Positions 54,078 through 64,000 are shown, counted from the first letter of the stretch. The stretch: 64,000 nt of DNA from Gemmatimonadota bacterium (GCA_021324775.1 JAJPIM010000023.1:53176-117175); one strand, 5' to 3'. Numbers and translations are program-made. The notes: a model not told the origin generated them from the letters alone.

Positions 54078-56951
54078 CTACCTCGGCACCGCGATGGGTT
54101 GAACGACGAGCTGCGCAATTGAACAGCCCGCGATCTGTGCCGGTTCGAAGCGAAGTGACGACAATACCTGATCCGCACGCGTGGTGAAGGCGGCTTCGCT
54201 AACGTCCGTCGTCGGGAGCGCCGGTGCCCGTACCGCGTCCGTCGCGGGCAATGATCGCATCATCCGGGTCGTGGTCATCTCCACTCGCCCCCGCGCATCG
54301 ACGACCCCCTCGATCATAACGGTATCGGCCCGTGGCGCGCTCGCAGGAGCAGAGGTTACATCACCACGTCGCGGCGTCCGCGCCAACCGGGCGGCCCTGG
54401 ACAGGTGCCACACCGGAACCGCGACTCGCCCAACGGCCACCGCCGGCGCGCCCGGCGCCACCCCGCCCGACGAGATCAGAAGGTCGAATCGTGCCGGCCC
54501 TCCGCCGGCCGGTGAAGCCGGAACCGGTGGGAAGTCATGAGCGGCTGCTGCCTCCGCCAGCATCACGAGCATGCTGGTATCAGCGGCACCGGACAATGAC
54601 GATGCCGCCACGTGCGCCTCCGTCAGCGCTCCCGCCGAATCGAGCGTGAAGCTGATGACCCCGGACAGTGCCGGCGCAACGTCCCGCAGTTGACGCGTCC
54701 GCCGCAGCCCAATGCTGTCAACCACGTCGAAGGCCGGCAATGTGAGTTCCGTCGGCAGCACGGCCCACCGGCGCACGGCACGCAACAGTTGCCCCTCGTA
54801 GTCAGTCCACACGCTGTCGGTTACTGGCCGGGACGGCGTCCCCTGGAGCGTCGCGTAGATGGTCAGGCCGATTGTCGAATGGACCGGGAGCGTCGTGCAC
54901 GCGGAATCATCTCCGAACACTGCGTCCACGCGCGTCTCGTCGCCGGCCACCGCGCGGGTCGCTACACTCTTCGCCGGGGTGCCGCCGGTCGAGACGCCGA
55001 GGCGGCTCCGTGTCCATACGACAACGAGCGCGCACTGTTGCCGGTCGAGCCCAACCCTTGGCACCGGGGCTCCGGGCAGCATCGGATGCTCTTGCGATCC
55101 TTGAAATTCGGCAGGCCGCTCCGACGAGCTATAGACCTCGATGGCGCCAACCTGCGACACGTCGATCAGGTTGTCAGGAGTTTCGCCGCCGATCACCCCA
55201 CCGTCGACAGTGTGCTCCATCAACTGCAGCTGCGGGACACCGTCGACGAAGTACGACACGCAGCTCCCAGGCCCCCGGCTGCCGTTGGTGGCCCCGCCCG
55301 GCTGCATGGAATTGGCCATCAACGATATGCCGGCGAGGGATTGCAGTAGTTGCGTGAAGGCCGTGGCCTGCTTGCTCTGGATCTGATCGTAGGTCAGGAA
55401 TTGGCCAATACCCATCGCCTTTCGCTTGTCGAATCCGGTCTGCCCGGAGAGTGTGCGGTCAGGGGTCGTCGTCACAGTCGCCAGAACGGGAACCGATCGG
55501 TCCATGCTGATCAGGAGATCACGTCCCGGCTGTTGCGCCAGGGTCGCCACGAAGCGTTCCGGCCGAAGGCCGAGCCCGCGGACGCTCACCATGTACGTGC
55601 CTGGTGTCGCTGTGCGCAGGACGAAGTGGCCGTCGCTGCTCGTCATCGTGCTGTCTTTGGTGCCCAGGAGCGCCACGACGGCGTGTCCGACCGGTATGCC
55701 ATCGGATTGCAGCACTCGGCCAGCCACGACGCCGCCTGCCGGCACGCCGCGGGATGCATTGGTCTCCATCACCGGTGTCCCCGCACCCAGCGGTGGCCCA
55801 TCGGCCGCCCTCGGTTCGAACACGTAGTCGAGAAGGCGAGCCTGTTCGATAGCCGTGCGGTGTATCAGCGCGGACGAGAACGATTGTGTCCGTGCTGGCA
55901 TCGGCTGGTCGGTGATGAGCGAGTCGACCACGGGGATGAGCGGCGCAACCTCGCGGTACGTTGCCGTGACGGTGAGGCCCAGGATCGGCACATTCGCCGC
56001 TTCCGGTTTCGTCATGCGGAAGACAGCACGCCGTACGATGAGGCGTGCCGAGTCGAGGTAGATCGACCCTGCTACATCAGGGAGGGCGATCGACTCTTGC
56101 GGGCGGAAGTCGATCCGCAGCACCCGATTGCCGCCGATCGACTCCGTGCCGCCGTAGCTGAAACAATGCACCGCGAGAAAACTCGAGTCGGCGAGATCCC
56201 GAAACGCCGGGAGGTACATGTACTGGCGGCGGCGTCCCCCATCATCGAGAGCGTCATAGATCACGCCGCCCAGGTGATAGGCCCGTCGCGAACGCGATTC
56301 GTACGAGACCGTGTCGGTCGACGTCGTGCTGTCGCCGCCCGGATCCGATCGCAGGACATTTCTCTCGACGCGCCGGTAGCGATAGGGGTAGGCGTCCGCG
56401 AGCAGGCGAAACCGGTCGACGTTTTCGCTGACCTGCGTGAAAATCCTCGCGAGCGGCAAATTGATTGTGGAGTCCGGGATACCGGTGTTGTTCACGCAGC
56501 GCCCCGATCGGCGTCCCTCGACTCTCACGACCTTGAGCAGCGCTGGAATGCGATGCATGCGGATGGCCAGCGTCGTGACCGTCGGGGCAGGACCGATCAC
56601 CATCGTAGTGTCCTTGGGTGCGTATCCGATCTGGCGGGCCCGTACGATGTAAGTTCCGATGGGGAGCCCGCCCAGCCGAAACGCGCCATTCGCATCGGCA
56701 AACGCCCCCCAGTCGGTCCCGGGCAGCGTCACCGTGCCATACGGAACCGGGCGATCGCCATCGGCGTCGACCAGCGTGCCGGCGAGAACACCGGACGAGT
56801 CGGCATTCGCGCCGGCCCGGCGAGACGCGAGGTGGGTATCCGCACGACGGATATCGGCACGACGGATATCGGCACGACGGATATCGGCAGGGACGCGAGC
56901 CGCCGCGATCAGTGACAGCACGCCGATGATCACGGAGCGGCTATGTCCCAT
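54078..56951 (-). CDS. large envelope protein with two CarboxypepD_reg domains, a plug-like segment and a TonB-C-terminal-like end
   Basis: Track ORF of 957 aa. Signal peptide. GTLVDADGDRPVPYGTVTL...GAFRLGGLPIGTYIV, and again GRVLQSDGIPVGHAVVALLG...GHFVLRTATPGTYMV. C-terminus: VVDARGRVEM...RFEPAQIAGCSIAQLVVQPIAV. Confidence 0.75.
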   Translation of the reverse strand: MGHSRSVIIGVLSLIAAARVPADIRRADIRRADIRRADTHLASRRAGANADSSGVLAGTLVDADGDRPVPYGTVTLPGTDWGAFADANGAFRLGGLPIGTYIVRARQIGYAPKDTTMVIGPAPTVTTLAIRMHRIPALLKVVRVEGRRSGRCVNNTGIPDSTINLPLARIFTQVSENVDRFRLLADAYPYRYRRVERNVLRSDPGGDSTTSTDTVSYESRSRRAYHLGGVIYDALDDGGRRRQYMYLPAFRDLADSSFLAVHCFSYGGTESIGGNRVLRIDFRPQESIALPDVAGSIYLDSARLIVRRAVFRMTKPEAANVPILGLTVTATYREVAPLIPVVDSLITDQPMPARTQSFSSALIHRTAIEQARLLDYVFEPRAADGPPLGAGTPVMETNASRGVPAGGVVAGRVLQSDGIPVGHAVVALLGTKDSTMTSSDGHFVLRTATPGTYMVSVRGLGLRPERFVATLAQQPGRDLLISMDRSVPVLATVTTTPDRTLSGQTGFDKRKAMGIGQFLTYDQIQSKQATAFTQLLQSLAGISLMANSMQPGGATNGSRGPGSCVSYFVDGVPQLQLMEHTVDGGVIGGETPDNLIDVSQVGAIEVYSSSERPAEFQGSQEHPMLPGAPVPRVGLDRQQCALVVVWTRSRLGVSTGGTPAKSVATRAVAGDETRVDAVFGDDSACTTLPVHSTIGLTIYATLQGTPSRPVTDSVWTDYEGQLLRAVRRWAVLPTELTLPAFDVVDSIGLRRTRQLRDVAPALSGVISFTLDSAGALTEAHVAASSLSGAADTSMLVMLAEAAAAHDFPPVPASPAGGGPARFDLLISSGGVAPGAPAVAVGRVAVPVWHLSRAARLARTPRRGDVTSAPASAPRADTVMIEGVVDARGRVEMTTTRMMRSLPATDAVRAPALPTTDVSEAAFTTRADQVLSSLRFEPAQIAGCSIAQLVVQPIAVPR
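56836..56889 (-). repeat. in-frame 15-nt tandem repeat (about 3.6 copies) encoding (ADIRR)3
   Basis: Forward strand reads gtatccgcacgacgg / atatcggcacgacgg / atatcggcacgacgg / atatcggca. It lies just after the signal peptide of the 957-aa protein. Confidence 0.9.
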
Positions 56952-57073
56952 GCGAACGCGCTCCCGCCGAAGGATGGACCACCGGCCTCTGCATGGCGGA
57001 GACGAGTCTCTGCCGCCAGCATGCCCGGGACGAGTCCGATGCGACCTAGCAACCAGATATCGTTACCGGGACC

Positions 57074-58321
57074 CTATAGCGCGCCCCCGGCCAATATTCG
57101 TTGGGGTGAATGGCGCGCCGGTACCGGTTGCCGCGGTGCCTGGTCACGCGGGGGACGCGCGCTCGTCTCGCCTTTCCCATTGTGGCGCGCGCTCACCTTG
57201 TTCAGGAATTCGTCCACGCGGGCAAGGCCGGCCAGTGTCTTCTTGATGTCGTAGCCGTAGCCGATGCGGATGTATTTCCCGATGCCGAAATGCGCACCCG
57301 GTGTGATAAGCACCGAATGCTCGACGCGGAGCCGTTCGAAGAGGCGTGCCGACGGAATCGGCAGCCGGTACTTCACCAGCACGATCGCGCCCGCGAGGGG
57401 ACGGATGAAGCTGAAGATGTCGTCGTGGGTGTGGATCCAGCGCTCGAGCTGCGGGAGATTCGTGCGGAGGATCGATCGGGTACGCGCGAGAATCTGCTCG
57501 CGGCGTACCGGCTCGGTGGCGATACGCGCGAGGCGGTCTGACAGCACTGACGGCGTGAGAGTCGTGTAGTCCTGATAGGACCAGAGATGCGCCACTGTGC
57601 GCTCCGGCCCGACGATCCACCCGACGCGCACGCCCGGCATCCCGAACGCCTTCGAGAGCCCAGCGGTCACGATCACTTTGGGGTACCGTCCCCAGAACGT
57701 CGGCGTCGGCCGGTCACTGGCTACTTCAGCACCGCGGTAGACTTCGTCCGCCACGATCCACGCGCCCGCCTGCCGCGCCAGCCTGATGATCTCATCCATC
57801 TCGGCAGCAGTCAGTACTCCGCCGGTCGGATTGTTCGGATTGGTCACGAGGATGAGCTTCGTGCGCTTGGTGACCGCTTTCCGGAGACTCTCGATGTCGA
57901 GAGCCCAGCGCCGTACGCCGTTCTCCTCACGTTCCACGAGCCGGTACGCATCGGCCCGAGCGGCGTAGGCCCTCGCCAGCCCCCACGCCTGCAGGTAGTT
58001 GGGGATCATGATGGCGGCGCGCCCTGTCCTGTCGAGCAGCCCCCACAGCGTACTGAAGTTCGCTTCGGACGTACCGGTAGTCACCAGCACGTTGCTGGCG
58101 GTCGCCCCGGGATAAAGGGACGCGATGTGCTCGCGCAGCTCCGGCGAACCATTGGACTGCGGGTATTTCAGCCCCGCATCGAGAAATGCCTCTCGCCCGG
58201 CGTCCGTCGTCAGTAGCTCGCGAGCGGTCAGCGGCTGGACGCCACTCTCGGAGAGATTGAATTCGACTTCGTTCTCATAGAGACACTGCGTCCGCTCCAT
58301 CTGAAACCGATCGATCCGCAT
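57074..58321 (-). CDS. class I/II PLP-dependent aminotransferase
   Basis: Track ORF of 415 aa: ...FNLSESGVQPLT..., LILVTNPNNPTGGVL, ADEVYRG, AGLSKAFGMPGVRVGW. The C-terminal ~35 aa form a low-complexity tail. Confidence 0.8.
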   Translation of the reverse strand: MRIDRFQMERTQCLYENEVEFNLSESGVQPLTARELLTTDAGREAFLDAGLKYPQSNGSPELREHIASLYPGATASNVLVTTGTSEANFSTLWGLLDRTGRAAIMIPNYLQAWGLARAYAARADAYRLVEREENGVRRWALDIESLRKAVTKRTKLILVTNPNNPTGGVLTAAEMDEIIRLARQAGAWIVADEVYRGAEVASDRPTPTFWGRYPKVIVTAGLSKAFGMPGVRVGWIVGPERTVAHLWSYQDYTTLTPSVLSDRLARIATEPVRREQILARTRSILRTNLPQLERWIHTHDDIFSFIRPLAGAIVLVKYRLPIPSARLFERLRVEHSVLITPGAHFGIGKYIRIGYGYDIKKTLAGLARVDEFLNKVSARHNGKGETSARPPRDQAPRQPVPARHSPQRILAGGAL

Positions 58322-58699
58322 ATCGGGCCCTACCTCGGAGGTGATCGCTGATTGACCGCAGCAAAGTCTATAGTCTTCGGCTGCGGCTGTTAGGATCTGG
58401 CCGGTTCGAGTGACTCAAGTCGCCTCAAGGCGCACCGATGTTTCTTGGGCACCCAGTCACATGATAGCCCCGCTCGGACACATAGACATAGGTCACCAAC
58501 CTATGCCGAGGTGTTTCCGCCCAGCAACCTGCCGTCATGAGAGAACCATGACAATGCTCTAATGTGCGCGGTCCGTCCTTTCTTCATGCCGTTCCAACTC
58601 TAACATTGACCCCTGGCGGCCGTTGCGCGCCATGCGCCTCGATCCCATCGCTGTACTCCACTCGGAATGACTTCTTGGCAGCGAGACCTTACAGGAGGA

Positions 58700-59278
58700 A
58701 TGATGCGAGTGTTCTCTGTGGCAATGCTGATCGGCCTGACGGCGTCTCCCCTGGCGGCGCAGCAAGCGACATCGTCGGGTGCACCAGTGGCTGACGCGGT
58801 CCGCACTATCATGCAGCGGCTGTCGGTGGCCCTGGTCGCGGCAGGTGACGACATGCCGGTTGCCAAATTTGGATTCCGGCCCACGCCCGCGCAGCTCAGC
58901 TTCGGCGGCGTGCTGGTTCATTCGGCGGAGTTCAACGAAACCGTCTGCTCATGGGTCTCCGGGATGAAGCCGCCCATGGAGCCCAAGCCCGAGCCCAGCG
59001 ACACCACCGAGGCAGGGTGGACGACCTACGGACCCAAGGCGACTGCGCACCTCAAGCGCTCGTTCGAGTACTGCGCCGCCGCGCTCGCCAACCTGGATGA
59101 CTCCAAGCTGGATGAACAGGTGCCATGGTTCGGCGGGCCAAATGCAAAGGCCTCCCGCGCCCGCGACCTGATCGTGCTCCCCATGGACTGGCAAGACCAC
59201 TATGCCCAGCTTGCGATGTATCTCCGGATGAACGGGATCCTTCCGCCGAGCGCGAGACCGAAACCGAAAACGGCATAG
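58700..59278 (+). CDS. DinB-family protein, secreted
   Basis: In-frame ATG 58700 (AGGAGG just upstream) in track ORF 58667..59278. Signal peptide MMRVFSVAMLIGLTASPLAAQ. DinB-like four-helix pattern, ending ...DHYAQLAMYLRMNGI. Confidence 0.65.
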   Translation: MMRVFSVAMLIGLTASPLAAQQATSSGAPVADAVRTIMQRLSVALVAAGDDMPVAKFGFRPTPAQLSFGGVLVHSAEFNETVCSWVSGMKPPMEPKPEPSDTTEAGWTTYGPKATAHLKRSFEYCAAALANLDDSKLDEQVPWFGGPNAKASRARDLIVLPMDWQDHYAQLAMYLRMNGILPPSARPKPKTA

Positions 59279-59382
59279 GGGGAGCCGCATCGATCGCTCG
59301 AAGTAGCCCGACAGAGTCCTTCAAATAGCGAGCATGGAAAGGAAGCAAACCGGGACCGTGCTGGACCCGCGTGTCTAGCCGT

Positions 59383-59919
59383 TCACCGATGCGGCTTGGC
59401 ATGCCACTCGGTGTCCACCGCCGGCGGCAAAGAGTCCAGGTGCTTGAGTAGCGTCACGACGGTCCAGATTCTCTCGTCTGTGAGGTCGCGTCCCGCGGAA
59501 TCCTTCCCCCACTGTTTATCCCACGCGAACATCGCCGAATAACGCACCCCGTATTTCACGAACCAATAGAGCTGCCAATCGGGCTCGGTCGGCGGGTACC
59601 CCGCGAAGTACGGCGCGTCAGGGTACAGGTTGACAGTGGTGCTGATCTTCGCGTCCGGCAGACCGTGGCACCCGGCGCAACCGTCCTTGAAGAGTTTCAC
59701 GCCGGCAAGCAGGTTGGCCTCGGTCGGCGCCACGGGATTGGTGACGCGCGGCGCCCGCCTCGCTGCCGCCGCATCGAGCGCCCGATGCGCGAACGCAATC
59801 TCCCAGGCCGGAGCCGCCACGTTCGCGGTCGTGGACAGGAGGCCAAACCACCCACACACGAAAATGGCGATTGGCACCGCCACCACACCGGCGACCATAC
59901 CAAGCAGAAATCGTCGCAT
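59383..59919 (-). CDS. membrane-anchored c-type cytochrome
   Basis: Track ORF of 178 aa with an N-terminal TM segment and the heme-binding motif CAGCHG. Confidence 0.75.
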   Translation of the reverse strand: MRRFLLGMVAGVVAVPIAIFVCGWFGLLSTTANVAAPAWEIAFAHRALDAAAARRAPRVTNPVAPTEANLLAGVKLFKDGCAGCHGLPDAKISTTVNLYPDAPYFAGYPPTEPDWQLYWFVKYGVRYSAMFAWDKQWGKDSAGRDLTDERIWTVVTLLKHLDSLPPAVDTEWHAKPHR

Positions 59920-60124
59920 GCCGCTACCGCCTCCGCTTGCCGGTAAGGGAGCGCCAACATAAAGGCGGACAACGGGTTCGCGAAGACGCGGCGCGCTGAT
60001 TTATTCCTGAGGATTCGGTGAGCGCGGCGGCGGAAACCCCGCGCACACGCTCCGGTCTCTAATTTCTTCGCTGTCACCCGTTCAGACGTTCCGGCCGGCC
60101 GCCACCTCCGCCACCCCGCCACCG

Positions 60125-60982
60125 ATGTCCTCGAGCTCACGCTTTCACTTTGGCGGCGTCACCTTCGACGTGGCGAGTGGCGACCTGACACGCGGCGGCG
60201 CTCGCACCCGCCTTCAACCGCAGGTCGCCGCGCTACTCCTCGTCCTGCTCGAGAATGCCGGGTCGGTCGTGACACGAAGCGACCTCCAGGCGCGGCTCTG
60301 GCCCGACACCACCGTCGAATTCGACGAAGGCATCAATTTCTGCGTGCGCCAGCTCCGCGTCGCACTCGGCGACGATTCGAGCGCGCCACGCTTCATCGAG
60401 ACGCTGCCCAAGCGAGGGTACCGCTTTCTGGCACCTGTCACCGCCGACACCGCCGCCGGCGAGGCAAGTCCGCGAGAGCCGGCACCACCGGCGCCGACGG
60501 CCGCGGCCGGCGAAACGGTCACGAGATCACGTGCGATGGCGCCCATTCTGCTGTCGGCCGCCGCCCTGGCGCTGGCTGCCGGCCTGACCGCCCTCGCCCG
60601 CGGTCGCTGGCTCGCGCGCGACGCGACGCCGGCTCGCGATCCCGTCATCCTCGAGATCCTGCCCTTTGCCGCCGACACGACCGACTCGATGGCGGTGGCA
60701 TATCGCCGGCGCCTCACGAGCCAGATTCTCGCCGACGCCCGCACCGAACACGGATGGAAGACCGTGACGGAGACGTCGCCCGGGACCACGCACGTGTTGT
60801 CGGGATCCCTCACCCGGCACGGCAACTCGGTCCAGATATTCGCAGAGCTGGTCCTCGCCGGGACACGCCAGCACGTGTGGGCCGACGATATCACCGACTC
60901 ATACGCATTCAGCGGAAACTCCGCCGTCACGGCCGGGCGCATCGAACAAAGCGTCGCACGCGTGCTCGGCATCCGCCGCTGA
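60125..60982 (+). CDS. winged-helix (OmpR/CadC-type) transcriptional regulator with a TM segment
   Basis: Track ORF of 285 aa: F.GVTFDVASGDLTRGG..TRLQPQVAALLLVLLENAGSVVTRSDLQARLW...INFCVRQLRVALGD...IETLPKRGYRF, then a TM segment (MAPILLSAAALALAAGLTAL). Confidence 0.75.
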   Translation: MSSSSRFHFGGVTFDVASGDLTRGGARTRLQPQVAALLLVLLENAGSVVTRSDLQARLWPDTTVEFDEGINFCVRQLRVALGDDSSAPRFIETLPKRGYRFLAPVTADTAAGEASPREPAPPAPTAAAGETVTRSRAMAPILLSAAALALAAGLTALARGRWLARDATPARDPVILEILPFAADTTDSMAVAYRRRLTSQILADARTEHGWKTVTETSPGTTHVLSGSLTRHGNSVQIFAELVLAGTRQHVWADDITDSYAFSGNSAVTAGRIEQSVARVLGIRR

Positions 60983-61099
60983 CGCGATCTGCCAGGTAGC
61001 GCGTCGCCTCCTTCTGCGCGCGCAATCTGTCCCGTGTAGGGGCTAGGCAGTTTCGAGAGCGCGGAGGCAGATTCTATTGGTCGCGTTTACCCTACCACC

Positions 61100-62068
61100 A
61101 TGCCAACCCAACTCGGCGCCGCTCTCGTCCTCACCGAGCCCGAAATCCGGGAACTCCTCACCCCCGCCGCCTGCATCGCCGCCGTCGAACGTGCCTTCAC
61201 GTCGTACGCGATCGGTGCGGCCGAACTCCCGGGCGTGATCCACCTCGACATCCCGGACGCGCGCGGCGAAATCCACATCAAGGCCGGCTACCTGCACACC
61301 GCGCCGTGGTACGCCGTGAAGTTCGCATCGGGCTTCCCCGGCAACTCCGTCGCCGGCCTACCCGTGAACGGGGGCATCGTCGTCGTATTCGACGCCCGCA
61401 CCGGCGCACTCGCCGCGATTCTCCTCGACAACGGCTACATCACCGACCTCCGCACCGCAGCCGCGGGCGCAGTCGCGGCAAAGTATCTCGCTCGTGAATC
61501 GATTGGTACGGTGGGAGTGATCGGCACGGGCGCGCAGGCGCGGTACCAGGTCCAGCTCCTCGCACACGTGCGCGCATTCGACACGGTCAAGGTGTGGGGC
61601 CGGCGGCAGGAGGGAGCCGCGGCATGTGTCGCGGACATCGCGGCAACTGGCATGCACGCCGTCGTCGCCGAAACACTCGAGCAGGCAGTCGCGGATTCGG
61701 ATGTCGTCATCACAGTCACGGCCAGCCGCACGCCACTCGTCCGGGCCGCGTGGGTGAAGCCGGGGGCCTTGATCATCGCTGTCGGCTCCGACGGCCCCGA
61801 CAAACGCGAGCTGGAAGTCGATGTCCTGGCGCTCGCCGATCGCGTCGTCGCAGACAGCCTTCCCCAATGCCGGCGCCTTGGCGAAATCCACCACGCACTC
61901 GAGGCAGGCGTATTGCAGGAGTCCCGCGTCACCGAGCTCGGGCAAATTACCGGCGGCCAATCCCCCGGCCGCATATCTGATGCGGAAATCATTGTCTGCG
62001 ACCTCACCGGTGTCGGCGTCCAGGACGTCGCAGCCGCGGCGGTCGTGATGGAAGCAGTTCGTCCTTGA
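61100..62068 (+). CDS. ornithine cyclodeaminase / mu-crystallin family protein
   Basis: Track ORF of 322 aa: ...YITDLRTAAAGAVAAKYLARE...VGVIGTGAQARYQ...; Rossmann fold and the family-typical layout. Confidence 0.8.
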   Translation: MPTQLGAALVLTEPEIRELLTPAACIAAVERAFTSYAIGAAELPGVIHLDIPDARGEIHIKAGYLHTAPWYAVKFASGFPGNSVAGLPVNGGIVVVFDARTGALAAILLDNGYITDLRTAAAGAVAAKYLARESIGTVGVIGTGAQARYQVQLLAHVRAFDTVKVWGRRQEGAAACVADIAATGMHAVVAETLEQAVADSDVVITVTASRTPLVRAAWVKPGALIIAVGSDGPDKRELEVDVLALADRVVADSLPQCRRLGEIHHALEAGVLQESRVTELGQITGGQSPGRISDAEIIVCDLTGVGVQDVAAAAVVMEAVRP

Positions 62069-62240
62069 GCCGGGGCGAAGATGAAACCCGACGGTCGTCG
62101 TGGCGCCATTCTTACCGGGCCGGTCGCGACCGGCCCCTACCAGGGCTAAGGTCCTAATGGGGCGTCGAGGCGCATCGTCCTTGACTCCCCACCACTCCCC
62201 GGCAGAATTATAGGCAGGGTAGCCGAAGGAGAAGCGACCC

Positions 62241-63113
62241 ATGGACAAAGCACGGACTCACGGCGCCTTCGTCTGGGCGCTGAGCGTACTCCTCGCGTGC
62301 GTGTTCCTGCTGGCCGGGATCCCCAAGATCACCGGCAGCGACCCGGTCTGGCTCCAGGCCGCCGCCATGCGCGGTTTCCCGGCGTGGCTGCGCATCGTCG
62401 TGGGCGTCGTCGAAGTGATCAGCGGCGTGGCGCTTCTCATCCCTGGCGTCGCCATCTACGCTGCACTGGGCCTCTCTCTCCTCATGGTACCCGCTGCCAT
62501 CACGCAGCAAATGAGCGGCGAGCCTGGTGTGCTGATCCCGCTCGTCCTCCTCGTGCTGCTGCTCACCGTCGCATGGCGCCGCGATCCCGCCACCACCCGT
62601 GCGCTTTATCGCTCGATCACCGCCGGTCCCCACCCGGTACTCCGCGAAGGCATCATCGCCGGCATCATCGGCGCCACCTGTGTCGCGGTGTGGTTCTTCT
62701 TCGTTGACCTGCTGGGCGGGCGCCCTCTCTTCACACCCACGACGCTCGGACGGGCACTCATCACAGTGTTCCACCCCGCGCCACTCAGCGAGGCGCCGAT
62801 CCTGTACGTCGCCAGTTACACGGTATTCCACTATGTCGCGTTCGCGTGCGTCGGCATCGCCGCGGCCGCGATCGTCGCATGGGCGAGCGAGGAGCCCGCG
62901 GTGCTGCTGGGATTCGCGATGCTGTTCGCGGCGTTCGAGGTCGGCTTCTATGGGTTCGTCGCGCTGCTCCAGCACGCGAGTCCTCTGGGCGCCCTCGCCT
63001 GGTATCAGGTGATGATCGGGAACATCATCGCTGCGCTCGCGATGGGCACGTATATCTGGCGCGCCCACCCCAAACTCCACGAGCAGTTCGTCCACGCGCT
63101 GGACCCGGGCTGA
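62241..63113 (+). CDS. DoxX-family integral membrane protein with an additional C-terminal membrane domain
   Basis: Track ORF of 290 aa. GAAGGAG lies upstream. The N-terminal ~110 aa are DoxX-like (LLACVFLLAGIPKI...VVGVVEVISGVALLIPG), followed by 4-5 more TM segments. Confidence 0.7.
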   Translation: MDKARTHGAFVWALSVLLACVFLLAGIPKITGSDPVWLQAAAMRGFPAWLRIVVGVVEVISGVALLIPGVAIYAALGLSLLMVPAAITQQMSGEPGVLIPLVLLVLLLTVAWRRDPATTRALYRSITAGPHPVLREGIIAGIIGATCVAVWFFFVDLLGGRPLFTPTTLGRALITVFHPAPLSEAPILYVASYTVFHYVAFACVGIAAAAIVAWASEEPAVLLGFAMLFAAFEVGFYGFVALLQHASPLGALAWYQVMIGNIIAALAMGTYIWRAHPKLHEQFVHALDPG

Positions 63114-63220
63114 CGACGGGCTGGCCTGGCTATGGTTTGCCCGCGCGCGCTCCGCGGGCTAGCGTTTTACCGCTGAGGCCGTTTGCGAATCCGTCATCAC
63201 CTCACCCGAGAGCGTCCACC

Positions 63221-64000
63221 GTGACATCGAAACGGAGCCTGACTGCCCGCGCGCTTCTCATCGGCGCGGTCCTTGTCCCGTCGGTGGCTGCCGTCGATGG
63301 CGCGCCGCCCCGCTACTTCCACATGAAAGCCGTGCAGATCATCGACCGGGGCGGCTTCGCGAAGCCAACGCCCGCGATGGATCTCCTGATTCCCGCCGGT
63401 TGGACGTTCGACAGCAAGGTGGAATGGGCGAACCGGGGATGTTTCACCGACCTTGCTGCCATCTCGTTCCACATGCAGAGCCCCGACGGCAAGATCGTCA
63501 TCGAGGGCTACCCGTCGTTCAGTTGGCAGTTCGTCGACAACCCGTCGGTGCAGCGCTACCTCGTCGCAGAAAATCAGCAGGGTCTCAAGGTCGGCCTCAA
63601 ACCCTGCCCGGTCAACCAACCGGTGCCTGCCGCGACGGTGCTCACGAAGGTCGTCGTCCCCCGTCTTCGGCCCGGCAAGGATATCGCCGCGATGGAAACG
63701 TCCCCCGATCTCGATCAATACATCAAGGATCGCACGGCCGCTCTCCAGGCGCAGGTCGCAAAGACTGGCCAGAACATCCAGCTCCAGGCCGACGCAGCGC
63801 GCGCACGCCTCAAATACGAAGTCGATGGCGCGCCTGTCGAGGAATGGATCACCGCCGTCAGCATGGCGCAGACCTCACCGTCGGGCGATGGGCACGGTGG
63901 CCGCCGCTACGACAACCGCGCGATCATGCTGATGTCGATGCGCGCACCGGCCGGCCAGCTCGAAGCGAATGAAAGACTCCTCACCGCCGTCCGTGGCAGT
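63221..64000 (+). CDS. hypothetical secreted protein (3' end beyond the window)
   Basis: Own translation from GTG 63221: (M)TSKRSLTARALLIGAVLVPSVAAVDGAPPRYFHMKAVQIIDRGGFAKPTPAMDLLIPAGWTFDSKVEW... The frame is open for 260 codons to the window end. Absent from the track because there is no stop. Confidence 0.6.
   Translation, partial: MTSKRSLTARALLIGAVLVPSVAAVDGAPPRYFHMKAVQIIDRGGFAKPTPAMDLLIPAGWTFDSKVEWANRGCFTDLAAISFHMQSPDGKIVIEGYPSFSWQFVDNPSVQRYLVAENQQGLKVGLKPCPVNQPVPAATVLTKVVVPRLRPGKDIAAMETSPDLDQYIKDRTAALQAQVAKTGQNIQLQADAARARLKYEVDGAPVEEWITAVSMAQTSPSGDGHGGRRYDNRAIMLMSMRAPAGQLEANERLLTAVRGS

Noticed and set aside
55350-56915. 521-aa plus-strand ORF
   Set aside because: Antisense to the 957-aa CarboxypepD_reg protein gene. 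It is Arg-rich and has no recognisable domain.
58360-58440. GGTTCGAG (T-loop-like) and a 7-bp hairpin CCGCAGC-n17-GCTGCGG in the low-GC 380-nt divergent spacer: possible tRNA or riboswitch
   Set aside because: No acceptor, D or anticodon arms can be drawn. I could match no known riboswitch core by eye. I left it unannotated; a Rfam/Infernal scan would settle it.
62117-62136. 20-nt palindrome GGGCCGGTCGCGACCGGCCC after the ornithine cyclodeaminase gene as an intrinsic terminator
   Set aside because: It is a plausible hairpin but has no U-tract on either strand. It is noted only as a possible factor-dependent or I-shaped terminator and is not listed as a feature.

Overview
GC-rich bacterial chromosomal segment with about 50 protein genes. 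I found no rRNA, tRNA, CRISPR array, transposase or integrase. The protein repertoire (TPR-tailed Ser/Thr kinases, CarboxypepD_reg/TonB-type envelope proteins) suggests Gemmatimonadota or Acidobacteriota, but that is inference only.

Core metabolism: a translationally coupled hisG-D-C-H-A-B-F-IE operon; an argC-argB-argD-short GNAT operon; a ferredoxin-type sulfite/nitrite reductase; mmsA; a prephenate dehydrogenase; several aminotransferases and hydrolases; and two tandem paralogous Ser/Thr kinases.

Accessory block (about 32.5-48.6 kb): three paralogous pseudo-receiver/HTH regulators, an XRE regulator, a TPR protein, and an ECF sigma / FecR / STN-type TonB-dependent receptor / secreted S9 peptidase operon. 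That operon lies convergent to a lasso-peptide operon (PqqD-like B1, transglutaminase-like B2, Asn-synthetase-like cyclase).

Most interesting points, all resting on ORFs too short for the supplied track:
1. A 47-aa lasso precursor gene (44627..44770, minus) directly after the cyclase. Its leader fits Y(-17)/P(-14)/L(-12)/T(-2), which predicts an unusual Gln-1 core.
2. The neighbouring FecI/FecR/TonB receptor/S9 peptidase set matches the isopeptidase-type lasso cluster architecture, here combined with split B1/B2 genes.
3. A His-codon-rich leader ORF plus a strong intrinsic terminator directly upstream of hisG.
4. A 12-Cys upstream ORF plus terminator upstream of the sulfite reductase.

Long antisense or out-of-frame ORFs in the track are typical GC-rich shadow ORFs and were rejected.
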